From positions 74,028,001 through 74,092,000 of the forward strand of contig OX597816.1 of NCBI GenBank assembly GCA_951406725.2: DNA of 64,000 bases. Direction: 5' to 3'. Below, in pieces: positions 11,100-23,870 of this stretch. The notes under the pieces were generated by a model, which was not told the DNA's origin, searched no databases, and was given only the letters and a program-made list of their open reading frames with translations. The translations under genes and the position numbers were made by a program. Numbering within the stretch: position 1 is the first letter of the stretch; the number at the start of each line of letters is the position of its first letter. Source of the stretch: Octopus vulgaris (Eukaryota).

Positions 11100-12213
11100 T
11101 TTCTTATCCTAATTTATTTTTGAAATAAATATATATATATTTTAGAAAAATATTTCCTGTTGTCATTGTTATGGTAAGTTTGTCATTTATAAAAAATTTT
11201 GGTGGTTGTGTTTGTCTGCCAGTAGATTTCAGATACTATTTTTAGCATTGAAGTACATGGAATCCTTCCCATTCCATGTCACTCTCTTAAAGATATCATC
11301 AAACAGGAAAATACTGCAACTGTCTTTTTAAAATTTGATGTTTTTTTTTTGTTGGTAAGATTTCTCTTTCTTGTGTTTTTTTTCCCTTTTGGAGCCAGTA
11401 AAACTACTGACTCTTACATCACACACTTTTCTGTTATTGTCATCGTCATCATCATCATCATCACCCTCACCACACTCATCACCACAAGAAAATACTGCAA
11501 CTGTCTTTTTAAAATTTGATGTTTTTTTTTTTGTTGGTATGATTTCTCTTTCTTGTGTTTTTTTCCCTTTTGGAGCCAGTAAAACTACTGATTCTTACAT
11601 CACACACTTTTCTGTTATTGTCATCGTCATCATCATCATCATCATCATCACCCTCACCACACTCATCACCACCACCACTACCACCACCATCATCATCATC
11701 ATCACCACCATCATCATCCAACCTACAGTCACCACGATCACGACCACCACTGCCACTACCACCACCACCAGAACCATCATCACCACCAGCACCATCACCA
11801 CCTCCATCATCATCACTGCTATCTCAATACCACCACCATCAGCACCACCACCACCATCATCTTCAACAACACACAGACACAGATAGCATTCCTCTCTGTT
11901 GTGAATGTAAAGTGTTCAAAAACAACCAGCCGACTTTTTTTGTCATTGTGAATTTGTTCCTTCAGTTTAACCTACCATAAATTTATCTCAAGAAGAAGAA
12001 GAAGAAGAAGAAAGAAAGACTCAAAAATAGAAATAGGTTAAACAAATTTGTGTTTAGAAATTTTTTATGCATTACATTACAATATATAATTCTGTAAGAG
12101 ACAGAATCGGTTCATATTTTTTTTGTTTCTTTCTTTTACCCAATTCCATCTCTGACTCCACGTCTGATAAGGTGTCAGATTTATTGAGCTGTAACTTATC
12201 AATAAACTCAATT
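11100..12213 (-). pseudogene. Degenerate coding relic, possibly the C-terminal part of a hAT-like transposase
   Basis: Protein-like minus-strand stretches IEFIDKLQLNKSDTLSDVESEMELGKRKKQKKYEPILSLTELYI (12212-12081), VKLKEQIHNDKKSRLVVFEHFTFTTERNAI (from 11971) and LFDDIFKRVTWNGKDS (about 11300). They are interrupted by microsatellites and stops. Confidence 0.35.
11307..11670. repeat. 181-bp tandem duplication followed by (CAT/CAC)n microsatellite
   Basis: GAAAATACTGCAACTGTC... occurs at 11307 and 11488. Confidence 0.9.
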
Positions 12214-12728
12214 CTGTTATATCATCATCATTGTCATCATCATCATCATCTACCATCCATGTTCCATTGTTCTATGCTTACATGGGTTGGATGGTTTGAC
12301 AGGATCTGACGAGTCCAAGAACTTTATTGTCTTCTAGTGAAGTCTGCTTTGGAATGGTTTCTATGGCTAGATGCCCTTCCTAACACCAATCCCTTTACAG
12401 CGCATATGAGGTGCTTTCCCTGTGTCATCAGCTCTAGTGAAGTCACCATGCAGCTTGCAGGGCTACAAACGCTGATCAGGGGTGAGTTTATGCTTGGAGA
12501 TGAAGGGTTTAAAGTACAAGAGAAGGGGCCTGAGCAGAATGGAGGAACAACATGGCCACTCACATTTAGAAAAGTGGTTAAGAAGTTTGCTTTACAGTCA
12601 CGTGGTTTCAGGCTCAGTCCCATTGTGTGACCCCTTGAGAAAATATTTTCTACTATACTTCTGGGCCAACCAGTGCTTTATGAGCTTAATAGATAGAAAC
12701 TGTGTGGAAACTCATCTATATGTGTGTA

Positions 12729-12939
12729 CAGTAATCCCTTGCCATATTGCGGTTCACCTATCGTGGCTTATCATTTAAACTTACATCTATTCCTTTGTGG
12801 TGTTGTTTTGGATTTATAATAAAATAAATATAAACAAATTATAAAACTATACAAGTACAGTACTGTTTCTACTTCATGGATTTTCACCTATCGTGGGAGG
12901 TTTTGGAATGTTACACCCGTGATAGTCAAGAGATTACTG
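12729..12939. mobile_element. Tc1/mariner (Tigger/pogo-like) MITE
   Basis: TA|CAGTAATCCCTTG ... CAAGAGATTACTG|TA. Confidence 0.8.
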
Positions 12940-13064
12940 TATACAACAGGCTTCTTTCTGTTTCCATCTACCAAATCTGTTCACAAGGCTTTGGTCGGTC
13001 CAAGGCTATAGTAGAGGACTGTACCCAGAACCATATGGCTGGGAAGCATATCTATCTATCTATC

Positions 13065-13129
<65 letters not shown>

Positions 13130-13289
13130 TAATCCAATATTTTTAAAATTAATTCAAAGACATTACATTTCAATAAATACAAAAGGAACATGAAAGGTTA
13201 TGCTTAATGAAATAAAAATTTATGATGGAATGCGAATTCAGTGTCCATACTCTGCAAACATGCAACATGACACTTTGTCCTTAATTATC

Positions 13290-13500
13290 ATATATTCTAA
13301 CCTTGACTTGGAGAGAGAATTTCTTTGTTACTAACAGAGGTAATAGCACCTTCAACTTTACCCTTTACCACTCTTACTGTTCCAAAACACCCCTCTTCCT
13401 TTGCTAATTAGGTCACCTAGGTTACAGAAGCTATTAACTATGTCTTTCTACTAATTACTCTCATCAGCTTGTGATTCCACTGCATCTCTTATGTCATTGA
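13290..13500 (-). mobile_element. Degenerate RTE/RTEX-like LINE RT fragment
   Basis: Minus strand reads IVNSFCNLGDLISKG.., resembling the V(D/N)xFxYLGD motif at the end of the RT domain. Confidence 0.4.
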
Positions 13501-13590
13501 GCACTCCAAGGAATTCCTACTTACTCTTTCTTGCATATCAACCATGGTGCATTCTTCAATGGAACTAGAGTTCTGTCCGTGAACTAAAAC

Positions 13591-14122
13591 CAGTAGCATA
13601 GCTAGGTTCTAAAGTTAGGGGGAGCAAGTGCATAAAAAATGGCACCATGACACATACCAAACAACCTTTAACTCATTTCTCTTATATTTCATTGGTTACA
13701 ATATAGGTAATTGTATTCTACATTCATTAGTGTCGTGTTTCAGTAACAATGTCATTATGCTTGAAACATAAAACTCCCGATGTAGGTGTGACATGAAAAA
13801 GAGAAAACCCCATGGGCTTCACCAGTGTCATGAGGTTAATGACAGTCAGGGTTTGTTTTGGTCTTTCAGATGTTAGTGGCCACCAACACATCACAGGTGA
13901 TTGAGCAGCCAGTTCTAAAACATGGGAATTTGGTTAAATCAAGTAATGACCCCAGAAAGCTCTTTCAAGGCCATGCAATTAAAAAAAAAATGGAAATTCA
14001 GCTTTTGTCATGCAAGTGAATTAGAGTTTTAAAAAATTGTTGGAAAGGCACCAATTTTGAAAAATGTGCTTGGGGTGGGGGCTGTTGCACTGCCCTCCAC
14101 TCCCCTATTTGCTGTGTCACTG
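13591..14122. mobile_element. Degenerate hAT-type non-autonomous element
   Basis: Ends CAGTAGCATAGCTAGG ... CCTATTTGCTGTGTCACTG, with GC-rich subterminal GGCACC motifs. Confidence 0.4.
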
Positions 14123-14384
14123 ACAAACATTTATTTTTGCTAAGTATATTTAACTGAGTGGTAAGAAGCTTGGAATTATTCACTTGAATGTATGGTTCTC
14201 AAGAACTATTTTAAAGATTGAAATCTGTTATAGATTGTATGGAATGGATGATGACCTGCAGTGGAATGATCGAGATGCAACGAGGGAGAGACACAATGGC
14301 AAATTTAGATGATCAAAATTTTTTTTTTTTTCTTGTTTCAGCTCAGAGCTGCGGCCATGCTGATGCACCGCCATTTAAACAATG

Positions 14385-14528
14385 TTCATTATAACACTTC
14401 CAATCAGTTAAGATCAGAAGCCACGAGAGCCACTGCTTGGTACTGCATCAGGGCACTGCTTGGAATTGAACTCGAAATCTTGGGGTTAGTAGCCTGCGCT
14501 CTTAACCATACGCCATATGCCTGTGGGT
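14385..14528 (-). mobile_element. Same tRNA-like head as 4381/38441, joined to a different downstream sequence
   Basis: Reverse complement reads GGCATATGGCGTA-TGGTTAAGAGCGCAGGCTACTAACCCCAAGATTTCGAGTTCAATTCCAAGCAG. Confidence 0.7.
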
Positions 14529-16653
14529 GATGAAATGATAAAATGGTGATGAAATGATAAAATGAGACATTGATGAAAGGGTAAACAAAGAAGAATGAAA
14601 TGAGAGACACAACAGTAAGTTTAGATGAATAACAGGGTGAAACGATGAAATAGGACACCATTATTATCAGGTAAACAAAGAAGAATGAAATGAGAGACAC
14701 AACAACCACAAGTTTAGTTGAATAACAGTGAAATGATAAAAACAGACATCAAGAAAAATGGCAGGAGTTATTTGGCTAATGAGATGATAAAACAAAAACA
14801 AAAGTGAATCGGACTTTGATGATTTTTTAAGTAATAAACTTGTTTTATGAACAATGACCCATTTTTAACCTGCACTACAGCCTTTGCTTGATAATTTTTA
14901 AGCCAAAATTACCAAATGTAGGAACCATGCCAGTTGGTTTATTTTTATTTTTATTTTTTGTGGTTCATTTTGTGTTTTTTTTTTCCTTAAATTCATTGTG
15001 GTGTTGATATTACATTTGTTTCTTAAACAGAAAAATATGTGTCTGGTGGGAGGTGGAGGGTGTCAGATTATAATAAGAGGATAAAATAGATTACGGGTTT
15101 TCAGCGAGGTAAAATAATGGGAAGGTTGTGTTATTATTATTCAAGATTGTGGTGTAGTTGTGTCAATATTGTTTCAGCTCTGTTTGTGTGGAAATATATT
15201 ATTTAGTGGTGGTGGCCATATCAGGCCTGTCTTGAGTTAAAGATGGAACTAACATAGCTGGCAAACTGACAATTATCATTGTTGTTATTATTATTTTGGG
15301 CTGTTGTTTTGGAAAAACTTGATTCTATATTTCATTACTTACATTTGTAACAGGTAAAGTGTACGATGATGATGATGATAACGATGATGATGATGATGAT
15401 GATGATAGTGGTGGTGGGGTGGAGTGATAGTGGTGGTGGTGATGATAATGATGGTATTGATAATGAGGATGAGGATGGTAGAAGGTAACAGTGGCAGTTG
15501 TGATGATGATGATGATGATGGTATTAACATTTATGATGGTGATGGCGATGTCTATAACTGAGATGGTGATGATGATGATGGTGGTGGAGATTGACAGTGG
15601 CAGTCATAGTGATGATGATGGCACTGATGATGATGTTAATAACCGAGATGGTGACGATGATAATGATAGTGGTGATGATGATGATGCTGAAAGTCAGTGA
15701 TATTAGGTGGTGGCGTTATGGTAATGACAAGGTGTATTTATATGGTAGCAACCTTAATTTAATTCAAAGCCCTCACCTATAATTTCTGAGAAACATCAAT
15801 AACACAACACAATCATTATATCTCATCATATTCAGAAACATATGGACAAAATTATTCTCCGTTCCATTGTTCTCCCCCACCACACACACACATGACCACC
15901 ACTGCAGCCACCATCACCATGCTTCAACCAATTGTTTTCAATACAGTAATACGAACCATCAGATTTCCCCTGAGGGGGAACATTGCCAATTCTTCAATAT
16001 CAAATGCACACTGCATTGACCATTGTTGAAAGCAGCCAGCTTAGATATTCCATCGGCTAATAACTTTGATGCTATTCAAATACAAATTTGCTTTTTACAT
16101 TAATATTTATTTCTTAAAAAAAAAAAAATATAAAATAAAAAACAAAACCCAGATAATTTTCAGATAGAGAAATAGATTTATTCATTTAAAATATTTTTTT
16201 GAAAATATTCTCTTGAAATATTTTCTTTTTTTTTTTTTTTTTGCTTTACATTTCTGGTAATAATTAATTTTGTTTTTCTTGTAAATGTAAATAAATGTCC
16301 ACCTGGCCAGGTAAATAATTTTCTGCAGAGAAGATAAAATGTTGTAGATTGTAATAATAGTTTGGCTGTATTCAGAATATATCATTATCTTTTCTAGAAA
16401 CTTATAAACCAAGGAATAATGTTTCATTTTCTTTAGTTTCATTATTTTTATGTATATTTTTTTCTTCATGCTAGCATGGGTTAAACCAGTGATTCCCGAC
16501 CAATTTTTGCCTCTAGACTGTTCTGATTCTCATTTTACTTGGGTGAGAGGACCCTCATAGCCACTCAATGTTTAAAAACTTTTATATTTTTTATAATTAA
16601 GGTGCAGACATGGCTATGTGCATAGGCACAAGTGTGGTTGTGTACATAAACGC

Positions 16654-17180
16654 AGGCGTGGCTGTACGGTAAGAAGCTTGTTTCCCAACCACATGGTTTT
16701 GGGTTCAGTCCCACTGTGTGGCATCTTGGGCAAGTGTCTTCTAGTATAGCCTCAGGCTGACCGAAGCCATAGGAGTAGATTTGGTAGGCAGAAACTGAAA
16801 GAAGCTCATCATATATGTGTATGTGTGCGTGTGTGTCTGTGTGTGTATGTGTATGCGCGTATGTGTGTGTGTATCTGTGTGCCTGTGTTTGTATCTTCAC
16901 CATTGCTTGACAACCGATGTTGGTGTGTTTACGTCCCCATAACTTAGTGGTTTGGCAAAAGAACCCGATAGAAAAAGTACTACACTTAAAAAGAATAAGT
17001 CCTGAGGTTGATTTACTCAACTAATTAGAGAGCTTTGGCAGCCATTTCTTGCAGGTTAAATGTAGAGAAACTTGAAATGCACGTTCCTGTACAGTACTAC
17101 ATTATATAATTTCTTTCACGATTTAAGGTGCTCCAGCATGGGCATAGTCAAATGACTGAACCACGTAAAAGAATAAAAGT
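16654..17180 (+). mobile_element. SINE family A with a small insertion in the tail
   Basis: GCAGGCGTGGCTGTACGGTAAGAAGC...GGTTCAGTCCCACTG head, (TG)n, then tail ending AAATGACTGAA. Confidence 0.85.
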
Positions 17181-17289
17181 ATTTTTACGAATTGTAAAAA
17201 AAAAATGTTGAAATGTTTTTGTGAATTGTGGAAGCATAACCAATTATTGCATAAATTTTAACAACAAAATCTATACTCACACAGACCTT

Positions 17290-17805
17290 TGGAGATATGC
17301 TGTGCTTGAGAAGACCCGACAAGCCAAGTGAGATCATAACCATGGCCTATACCAATGTAGCATAACCAGCCCATTTAAGAGCACTCTTCAATCATTAGGC
17401 AATAAACTGCACTTGTGAAGACCTGTTGAGGCAAGTGAAGTCATTGTCGTGGTCAATGACAGTACTGCCTGATTGGAACCCGTGCTGGTGGCATGTAAAA
17501 AGCACCATTTGAGCGTGGCCAATGCCAGTACTACCTGACTGGCCTTTGTGCCAGTGGCATGTAAAAAGCACCATTCGAGCGTGGCCGATGCCAGTACTGC
17601 TTGACTGGGCCTCATGCTGGTGGCATGTAAAAAGCAGCCACTACGCTCTTGGAGTGGTTGGTGTTAGGAAGGGCATCCAGCTGTAGAAACATTGCCAGAT
17701 CAGATTGGAGCCTGGTGCAGCCTTCTGTCTCGCTAGCCCTCAGTCAAACTGTCCAACCCATGCCAGCGTGGAAAACGAACATTAAATGACAATGATGATG
17801 ATGAC
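17290..17805 (+). mobile_element. SINE/short retroelement family C with internal ~53-bp tandem repeats and (GAT)n tail
   Basis: GTGGCATGTAAAAAGCAC x3, GGTTGGTGTTAGGAAGGGCATCCAGCTGTAGAAA, CAACCCATGCCAGC..GGAAAACG..(GAT)n. Confidence 0.8.
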
Positions 17806-18000
17806 ACACACACACACATACATACACACACACCACACTCACACACACATATATCTAAGTAATTATTTAAGTATTGGGTATATTCCTAGTAGTTAGCTGA
17901 TGAAGCACGTTCACAGCCTATGGCTACCTGACTTCATCCACAGTGTTTACACAATTGTCTCTGGATCTACCTCAGGAATTCTTCCGTGTTCGTTGAGTAC

Positions 18001-18341
18001 ATAACATGATAGAAATGGAAAATGGAAATGTACGTAAAACTTTATTGCTCACAACGATTGTTTTGACCCACCCTGCATCAATCCCTCACGGGTGGGATAC
18101 TGTACAACTGGTTGTGGTGCATCCTTTGATGTAGAAGATTGTCAGGTGATATTATAAGAGTTTATTTTATGAGATACCCCTTATAACATCACCTAAGGAG
18201 ATGAGTCTCCACTGAGGGAGGCACCACAATCAGTTGCACAGTATCCCACCTGTGAGGGATCGAAGCAGGGTGGGTAGAAATGATTGTTGTGAGCAATAAA
18301 ACTTGTCATGTATTCCATTTTCCATCTCTATCATTTGTTAT
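18001..18341. repeat. Long imperfect inverted repeat (fold-back), arms about 155 bp
   Basis: ATAACATGATAGAAATGGAAAATGGAA pairs with TTCCATTTTCCATCTCTATCATTTGTTAT. Internal blocks TTTATTGCTCACAAC/GTTGTGAGCAATAAA, GTGGGATACTG/CAGTATCCCAC and GGTGATATTATAAG/CTTATAACATCACC also pair. Confidence 0.9.
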
Positions 18342-18944
18342 ATATACACAGCTTCTCTCAGTTTCCATTTACACTTGCCTAAGGCAACACACAGTGGGAC
18401 TGAACCCAGACCCATGTGGTTAGGAAGCAACCTTCTCACCACACAGCCACTCCTACACCTGTATGTATGTCAATTTCTGTTACCAAATCTATTTGCAAGG
18501 CTTTGGTCTGCCCAAGACACTTACCCAAGGTGCTATGCAATGAGACTGGACCCAAAATGACACACTTGGGAGATGACCTACTTAACCACACACCTGAGTG
18601 ATATAAATTATTTTACATATCGGCAAAGAGTTTTAGGAAGGATCTTAGTTAATAGAATTCAACCAAGGAGATAATGGGTAAATTTTTTTTTAGTCTGTGG
18701 AAGATTAAAAGTAACCAATTCCAGTCATCATGGGATTTCAACTGAAAATGCAAAAGAGCTGTAACTAAATTCTAAAAAGCATTGATTCAGCTCTTTACCG
18801 TTCCTCTCACGTAACTTGGCTGTTTCCATTTTACAAATAGTGATAGAACATGGCCTGAGGAACTAGAATTATAACAAACACAAGAATTTCAGGCATATTC
18901 TTCTCTCATAAACTTTATGTTGAGATGTGCAAATTTAATTGTCT

Positions 18945-18976
<32 letters not shown>

Positions 18977-18978
<2 letters not shown>

Positions 18979-19120
18979 TCTTGAGAAGTACGTGGAACAA
19001 ATAGGGGCTGCAATAAGGGTGGAGCACTTGCAGAAAACAGCACTGCTTGGAGCAGCTCAAATACTCCAGAAGGTACTCGAAAAATAAGTACATCTCCAGT
19101 GTTAGAAGCTGGGCAAAGGT
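18977..19120 (+). mobile_element. 3' end of an R4/Dong-clade (RLE) LINE inside (TAA)n
   Basis: 18980-19087 translates LEKYVEQIGAAIRVEHLQKTALLGAAQILQKVLEK*, the typical QKTALLGTARILRKVL terminus. (TAA)n lies on both sides. Confidence 0.8.
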
Positions 19121-19144
19121 AATAATAATAACAACAACAACAAC

Positions 19145-19192
<48 letters not shown>

Positions 19193-19327
19193 AAAATAAT
19201 TTTAGCACAAGGCAAGCAATTTTAAGGTAAATTGCTTACCTCACCCACTATTCAACTGCTACTTATTTTAACAACCCCAAAAGGTAAAGTTGACTTCAGT
19301 GAAACATGAAAATAATAATGCTGATAG

Positions 19328-19640
19328 TAATATCTGCATAGGAATGTGAACTTTGGACAAATTACAGCAAATGCAGAACTGACAAGCGCAGGCAGTAAAG
19401 TGGCAAAGGTGAGACTGTGTGACATATTGGGAATGAGTGCATGAAACTGGCCCAAAAAGAATACAAAAGGAGACATGATAATGGTGTAAAAATGATTTAT
19501 TGGGAGATGTGTGGAAAGTATGGATTGGATAGAGGGAAAACATGGTATGGGCAAACCACAGGGGGAATAATTGAGAATGGCAAGGTAAAGATATTGTGGG
19601 GTGTAATGAGATCATGAAAATGAATAGCAAAAGAAGGATT
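19328..19640 (+). mobile_element. R4/Dong-clade LINE fragment (zinc knuckle / start of RLE)
   Basis: Translates ETV*HIGNECMKLAQKEYKRRHDNGVKMIYWEMCGKYGLDRGKTWY...IIENGKVKILW. Confidence 0.8.
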
Positions 19641-19677
19641 CAGTGGTGTTAAATAAAAAGGCCAAAAAACATGTTTA

Positions 19678-19797
19678 ACCTTTTTGATACCAACCTGGCT
19701 GAAACTGCTTGTGGCTCTGTAGTACAAACGTCTTGTTTTCATAAATTGTGAATTTAAATCTTCCACCAAACCTCAGTCACAATATATGTTCCTAACA
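19678..19797 (-). mobile_element. Partial piggyBac-type MITE
   Basis: TTAA|CCTTTTTGATACCAACC...; reverse complement of the right half of 10799-11019. Confidence 0.75.
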
Positions 19798-20266
19798 CTG
19801 ACTCCTGGAAACTGAAAGAAGCCCGTAGTGTATATATGTGTGTGTCTGTGTTTGTCCCCTCCCCATTGCTTGACAACCAATGCTGGTGTGTTTACGTCTC
19901 CGTAACTTAGCTGTTTGGCGAAAGAGACTGATGGAGTAAGTACTAGGCTTACAAAGAATAAGTTCTGGGGACGATTTGCTTGAGTAAAAGGCGTTACTCT
20001 AGCATGGCCACAGTCAAATGACTGAAACAATTCTCATATATATATAGATATATATACACTTGCATGCATATATGCATATATGTCATCATGATGATCATAA
20101 TGACGACATATGCATGTATGTGTGTATATATTTGTATGGGTATGTCTGAGATTGCATGTGTGTGTTTATAGATGTGTGTGTGTAGAAATATGTATATGTA
20201 CATGTATATATTAGATCTGATGTACACCTACAGATACACATATCCATAGGTATCCCTACACATCTA

Positions 20267-20313
<47 letters not shown>

Positions 20314-20317
20314 GTGC

Positions 20318-20355
<38 letters not shown>

Positions 20356-20666
20356 GTGTATGTATTATTCTCCTACATTCGTGTACTAATATATATAATT
20401 CTCTTTGATGTATTTTACCAAAGTCTGGTAATTAATGGTTACTATTATAGTGTCAGAATATTATGGCTATCCTTTGTAAGGAACGTTCTGGCACTTCATC
20501 TTTGAGACAACACCATTATTACAACACCAAATTATATCATTCATCCTCTAACCTCCACACACACCCACCCACCCACTACCATGTATCTGGCAGCTACCAC
20601 CACCACCACCACCACTACTACTACTACCTTAGTTCATTTAATGATATATTTCTCTCTCTCTCTCTC

Positions 20667-20709
<43 letters not shown>

Positions 20710-20974
20710 GTCATCTCATTAATGGATATTACTTTTCAATTCCTACAGTGGACAGGAATAACAGATTATCTGTATGTGTGTGCATGCGTGCGTGTGTACT
20801 TGTGTCTATGAGTGTGTATGTGGGTTCATGTATGTGTGTACATACATGCATGTGTGAATGTGTGTGTATGCATATGTCTGTGCTTTATGTGTGCATGTAT
20901 ATGAGTGTCAGCATATGTGAGTGTGCTTATGTGTGCAATCTTTGCATGCGTATACGCATGTATGTATATCTTTT

Positions 20975-21360
20975 ATCTTTTACTTGTTTCAGTCGTTACG
21001 CTGTGGCCATGCTGGGGCACCATCTTGAAGAATGTTTTGTTGAATGTATTGACCCCAGGACTTTGTTTTTCCTTTAAGCCTGGTATTTATTTTATCTATC
21101 TCTTTTGCTGAACCATTTGGTAATGGGGACATAAACACAGCAACACCGGTTGTCAAGTGGTAGTGATGGACAAACACAGACTCACAGACACACTCACATT
21201 TAAGACAGGCTTCTTTCAGTTTCCATCTACCAAACCCACTTAGGAGGCTTTGGTCAGCATGAGGCCATCACTTGTCCAAAATGTCATACAGTAGGACTGA
21301 ACCCAGAACCATTTGGTTGGGAGGAAAGCTTCTTACTACACAGCCATGCCCATACCTATG
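20975..21360 (-). mobile_element. SINE family A
   Basis: Reverse complement of head and tail consensus. Confidence 0.8.
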
Positions 21361-22329
21361 TATGTGTGTAATTGTATGCATGCATGCCCCTGTGTGTGTG
21401 TGTGTGCTTATGCATGTATGAGAGAGAGAGAGGGAGAGAAAACATGGTATGTCTGCTAATTCAGAGTCTATTTGGAAGGGAATATAAACAGCAACCAGAC
21501 AAAAGCAATGTGAATAATTACAAACAGCCACCTCCTACCCCATCACCATCTCCTCCTTCACATTCTTCCTCCATTACTGCCTTCCTTCATCACTTTTCTG
21601 TCACCTCTCTATCAGACACCATTGTTTCAGTGTGATTTTACTTCTTCAGTAATATACTCCATTCAGTCCTTTGCAGCTAGCTGGGAACAGCTGTTCCTAT
21701 CTAAATAAATAACCAAACATGTCAAATAAATAACCAAACATGACAAAAGTTTGTCAAGCTGATATCAAATTATTGTGGATATTCAAAACAGCAAAAATCA
21801 AAACAGCAATGTGTAAATCTTCTTTTAACATGTCTGCACAACAATGATGATGATGACAACAATGTCAAATACACGTGCAAAATTGCACTGCAAAGCCAGT
21901 GTCTGATAGTTCAGTGACATCACTTGTAGTGATTGTGGTGTTTACATACATTATCTAAAGGGAGAATTATTTCATCAGGAAGTTTGTGCCTGTGTTTAAG
22001 TATTTAGAACCTGTTGAGAATGAATGCACATATTTCCTTCTCAAGCACACTTCAGTGAATTAAACACCATTTTACACTATATTCTTTACACAGGTTATAT
22101 CAAGATTGCTAGGCAGGAAGCAAAAATAATGGTTAAGCTCTCCTCTAATGCATTTATAAAGATCATCAAAGATGACTTTAGGGAAAGAAACTTGGTCATC
22201 ATCATTATCATTGTTTTAATGTCCACTTTTCTATGTTTGCATGGATCAGAGAGAATTTGTTGAGGTAGATTTTCTGGATTGCCTTCCTGTCATCAACCCT
22301 TACCTGTTTGGTTTTGATTTTGTTGACTA

Positions 22330-23123
22330 CACAGTATAGTAGGGTCAGCTGGGCACCATCTGTGAGAAAAACAACACCATAATGCAATTCACTCTGCCAG
22401 AAATTTGGAAACGACATGCTGTATTACTTGACATTTGTGCTGGAAGCTCCAATACGAACAGATGGTGAACACACAGAACAATTGTTGGTTTGCCATGTCC
22501 CCAAAATATGTATCAAGAGAGATAAAAATCCAACTTTCAGTCAACATCATGGTGTTTGGAGTGATCACTAGTGATAGCGATGTTATGCCTCCATTCATCT
22601 TCCCACATGGCCTCAGACTCAACACAGAGGCCTACATCAGGTGCCTGGTGTGGTAGTGATTTCTCTGGGTCAAGAGGGTAGCTGCTGAAAGACCCTATGT
22701 CTGGCAACAGGACTCTGCTCCATGCCACACAAGCAGGAGAACCCAGTCATGGCTGTCAGACAATTTCTGCAACTGCATCACTCCTAACATCTGGCTACCT
22801 AACTCCCCAGACTGCAACCCCCCTTGATAATTATGTGTGGAGTGCAGTTGAGTGAGAGACCAGCAAAACTCCTTGTAACACCAAAGATGAACTGAAAGCA
22901 AGGATTATGGTAGATATTCACCAACTTAAACAAAGAGATTGTCCAAAAGAGTTGCAGGAGATTCCAAAGTTGTCTGGAGGCCATGGTTGAAGCCAATGGC
23001 GATTTTACTGAATAAATTTACTCTTTAGTATTTCAAAATATTTTTATCTAATTTTGGTAAATATATCTGTTAAAATGAGATGTCAGTATTATTTTTATTT
23101 TTGAAAATATATTCACCGCACCC

Positions 23124-23125
<2 letters not shown>
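22330..23125 (+). mobile_element. DD37D (maT) Tc1/mariner-superfamily transposon, 3' part, pseudogenised
   Basis: IMVFGVITSDSDVMPPFIFPHGLRLNTEAY...YVWQQDSAPCHTSRRTQSWL...WLPNSPDCNP(L)D gives 37 residues between the two Asp after correcting a +1 C at about 22822. Right end CACCGCACCCTG. Confidence 0.88.
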
Positions 23126-23205
<80 letters not shown>

Positions 23206-23489
23206 TGTGTCTGCGTTTGTTTCCCCAACATCACTTGACAACCGATGCTGGTGTGATTATGTCCCTATAACTTAGCGGTTCAGCAAAAGAGACCAATAGA
23301 ATAAGTACTAGGCTTACAAAGAGTAAGTCCTGGGGTCGATTTACTCCACTAAAGGCAGTGCTCCAGCATGGCCACAGTCAAATGACTGAAACAAATAAAA
23401 GAATATATAAATATATATATATATATGTATATATATATAACAGGCTTCTTTCAGTTTGCATCCAGCAAATCCACTCAGAATGCATTGGT

Positions 23490-23870
23490 CAGCCAATGCA
23501 CCATCCGAATGTGGTCGATGCCAGGTCCGCCTGACTGGCACCTGTGCCGGTGGTACATAAAAAGCACCATCCAAACATGGCTGATGCCAGTACCTCCAGA
23601 CTGACTCCTGTGCCAATGGCATGTAAAAAGCACCATCCAAGTGTGACCAATGCCAGGGCTGCCTGACTGGCTCCTGTACCAGTGGCATGTAAAAAGCATC
23701 CACTACACTTTCGGAATGGTTAGCATTAGGAAGGGCATCTAGCTGTAGAAAAATTGCCAGCTCAGATTGGAGCCTGGTGTGGCCTCCTGGCTTGCCAGCC
23801 CTCAGTCAAACCATCCAACCCATGCCAGCATAGAAAATGGATGTTAAACGATGATGATAATGATGATGAT
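23490..23870 (+). mobile_element. SINE family C
   Basis: Tandem GTGGCATGTAAAAAGCAC units, AGGAAGGGCATCTAGCTGTAGAAA and (GAT)n tail. Confidence 0.8.

Noticed and set aside
11371-11980. Pro/Thr/His-rich proteins (ORFs 11371-11980), likewise 15339-15782, 38182-38562, 51728-52272 and 53637-53897
   Set aside because: Translations of trinucleotide or dinucleotide microsatellites, open in several frames on both strands.
17917-17945. CTGATGA as a hammerhead core
   Set aside because: No stem II followed by GAAA downstream.
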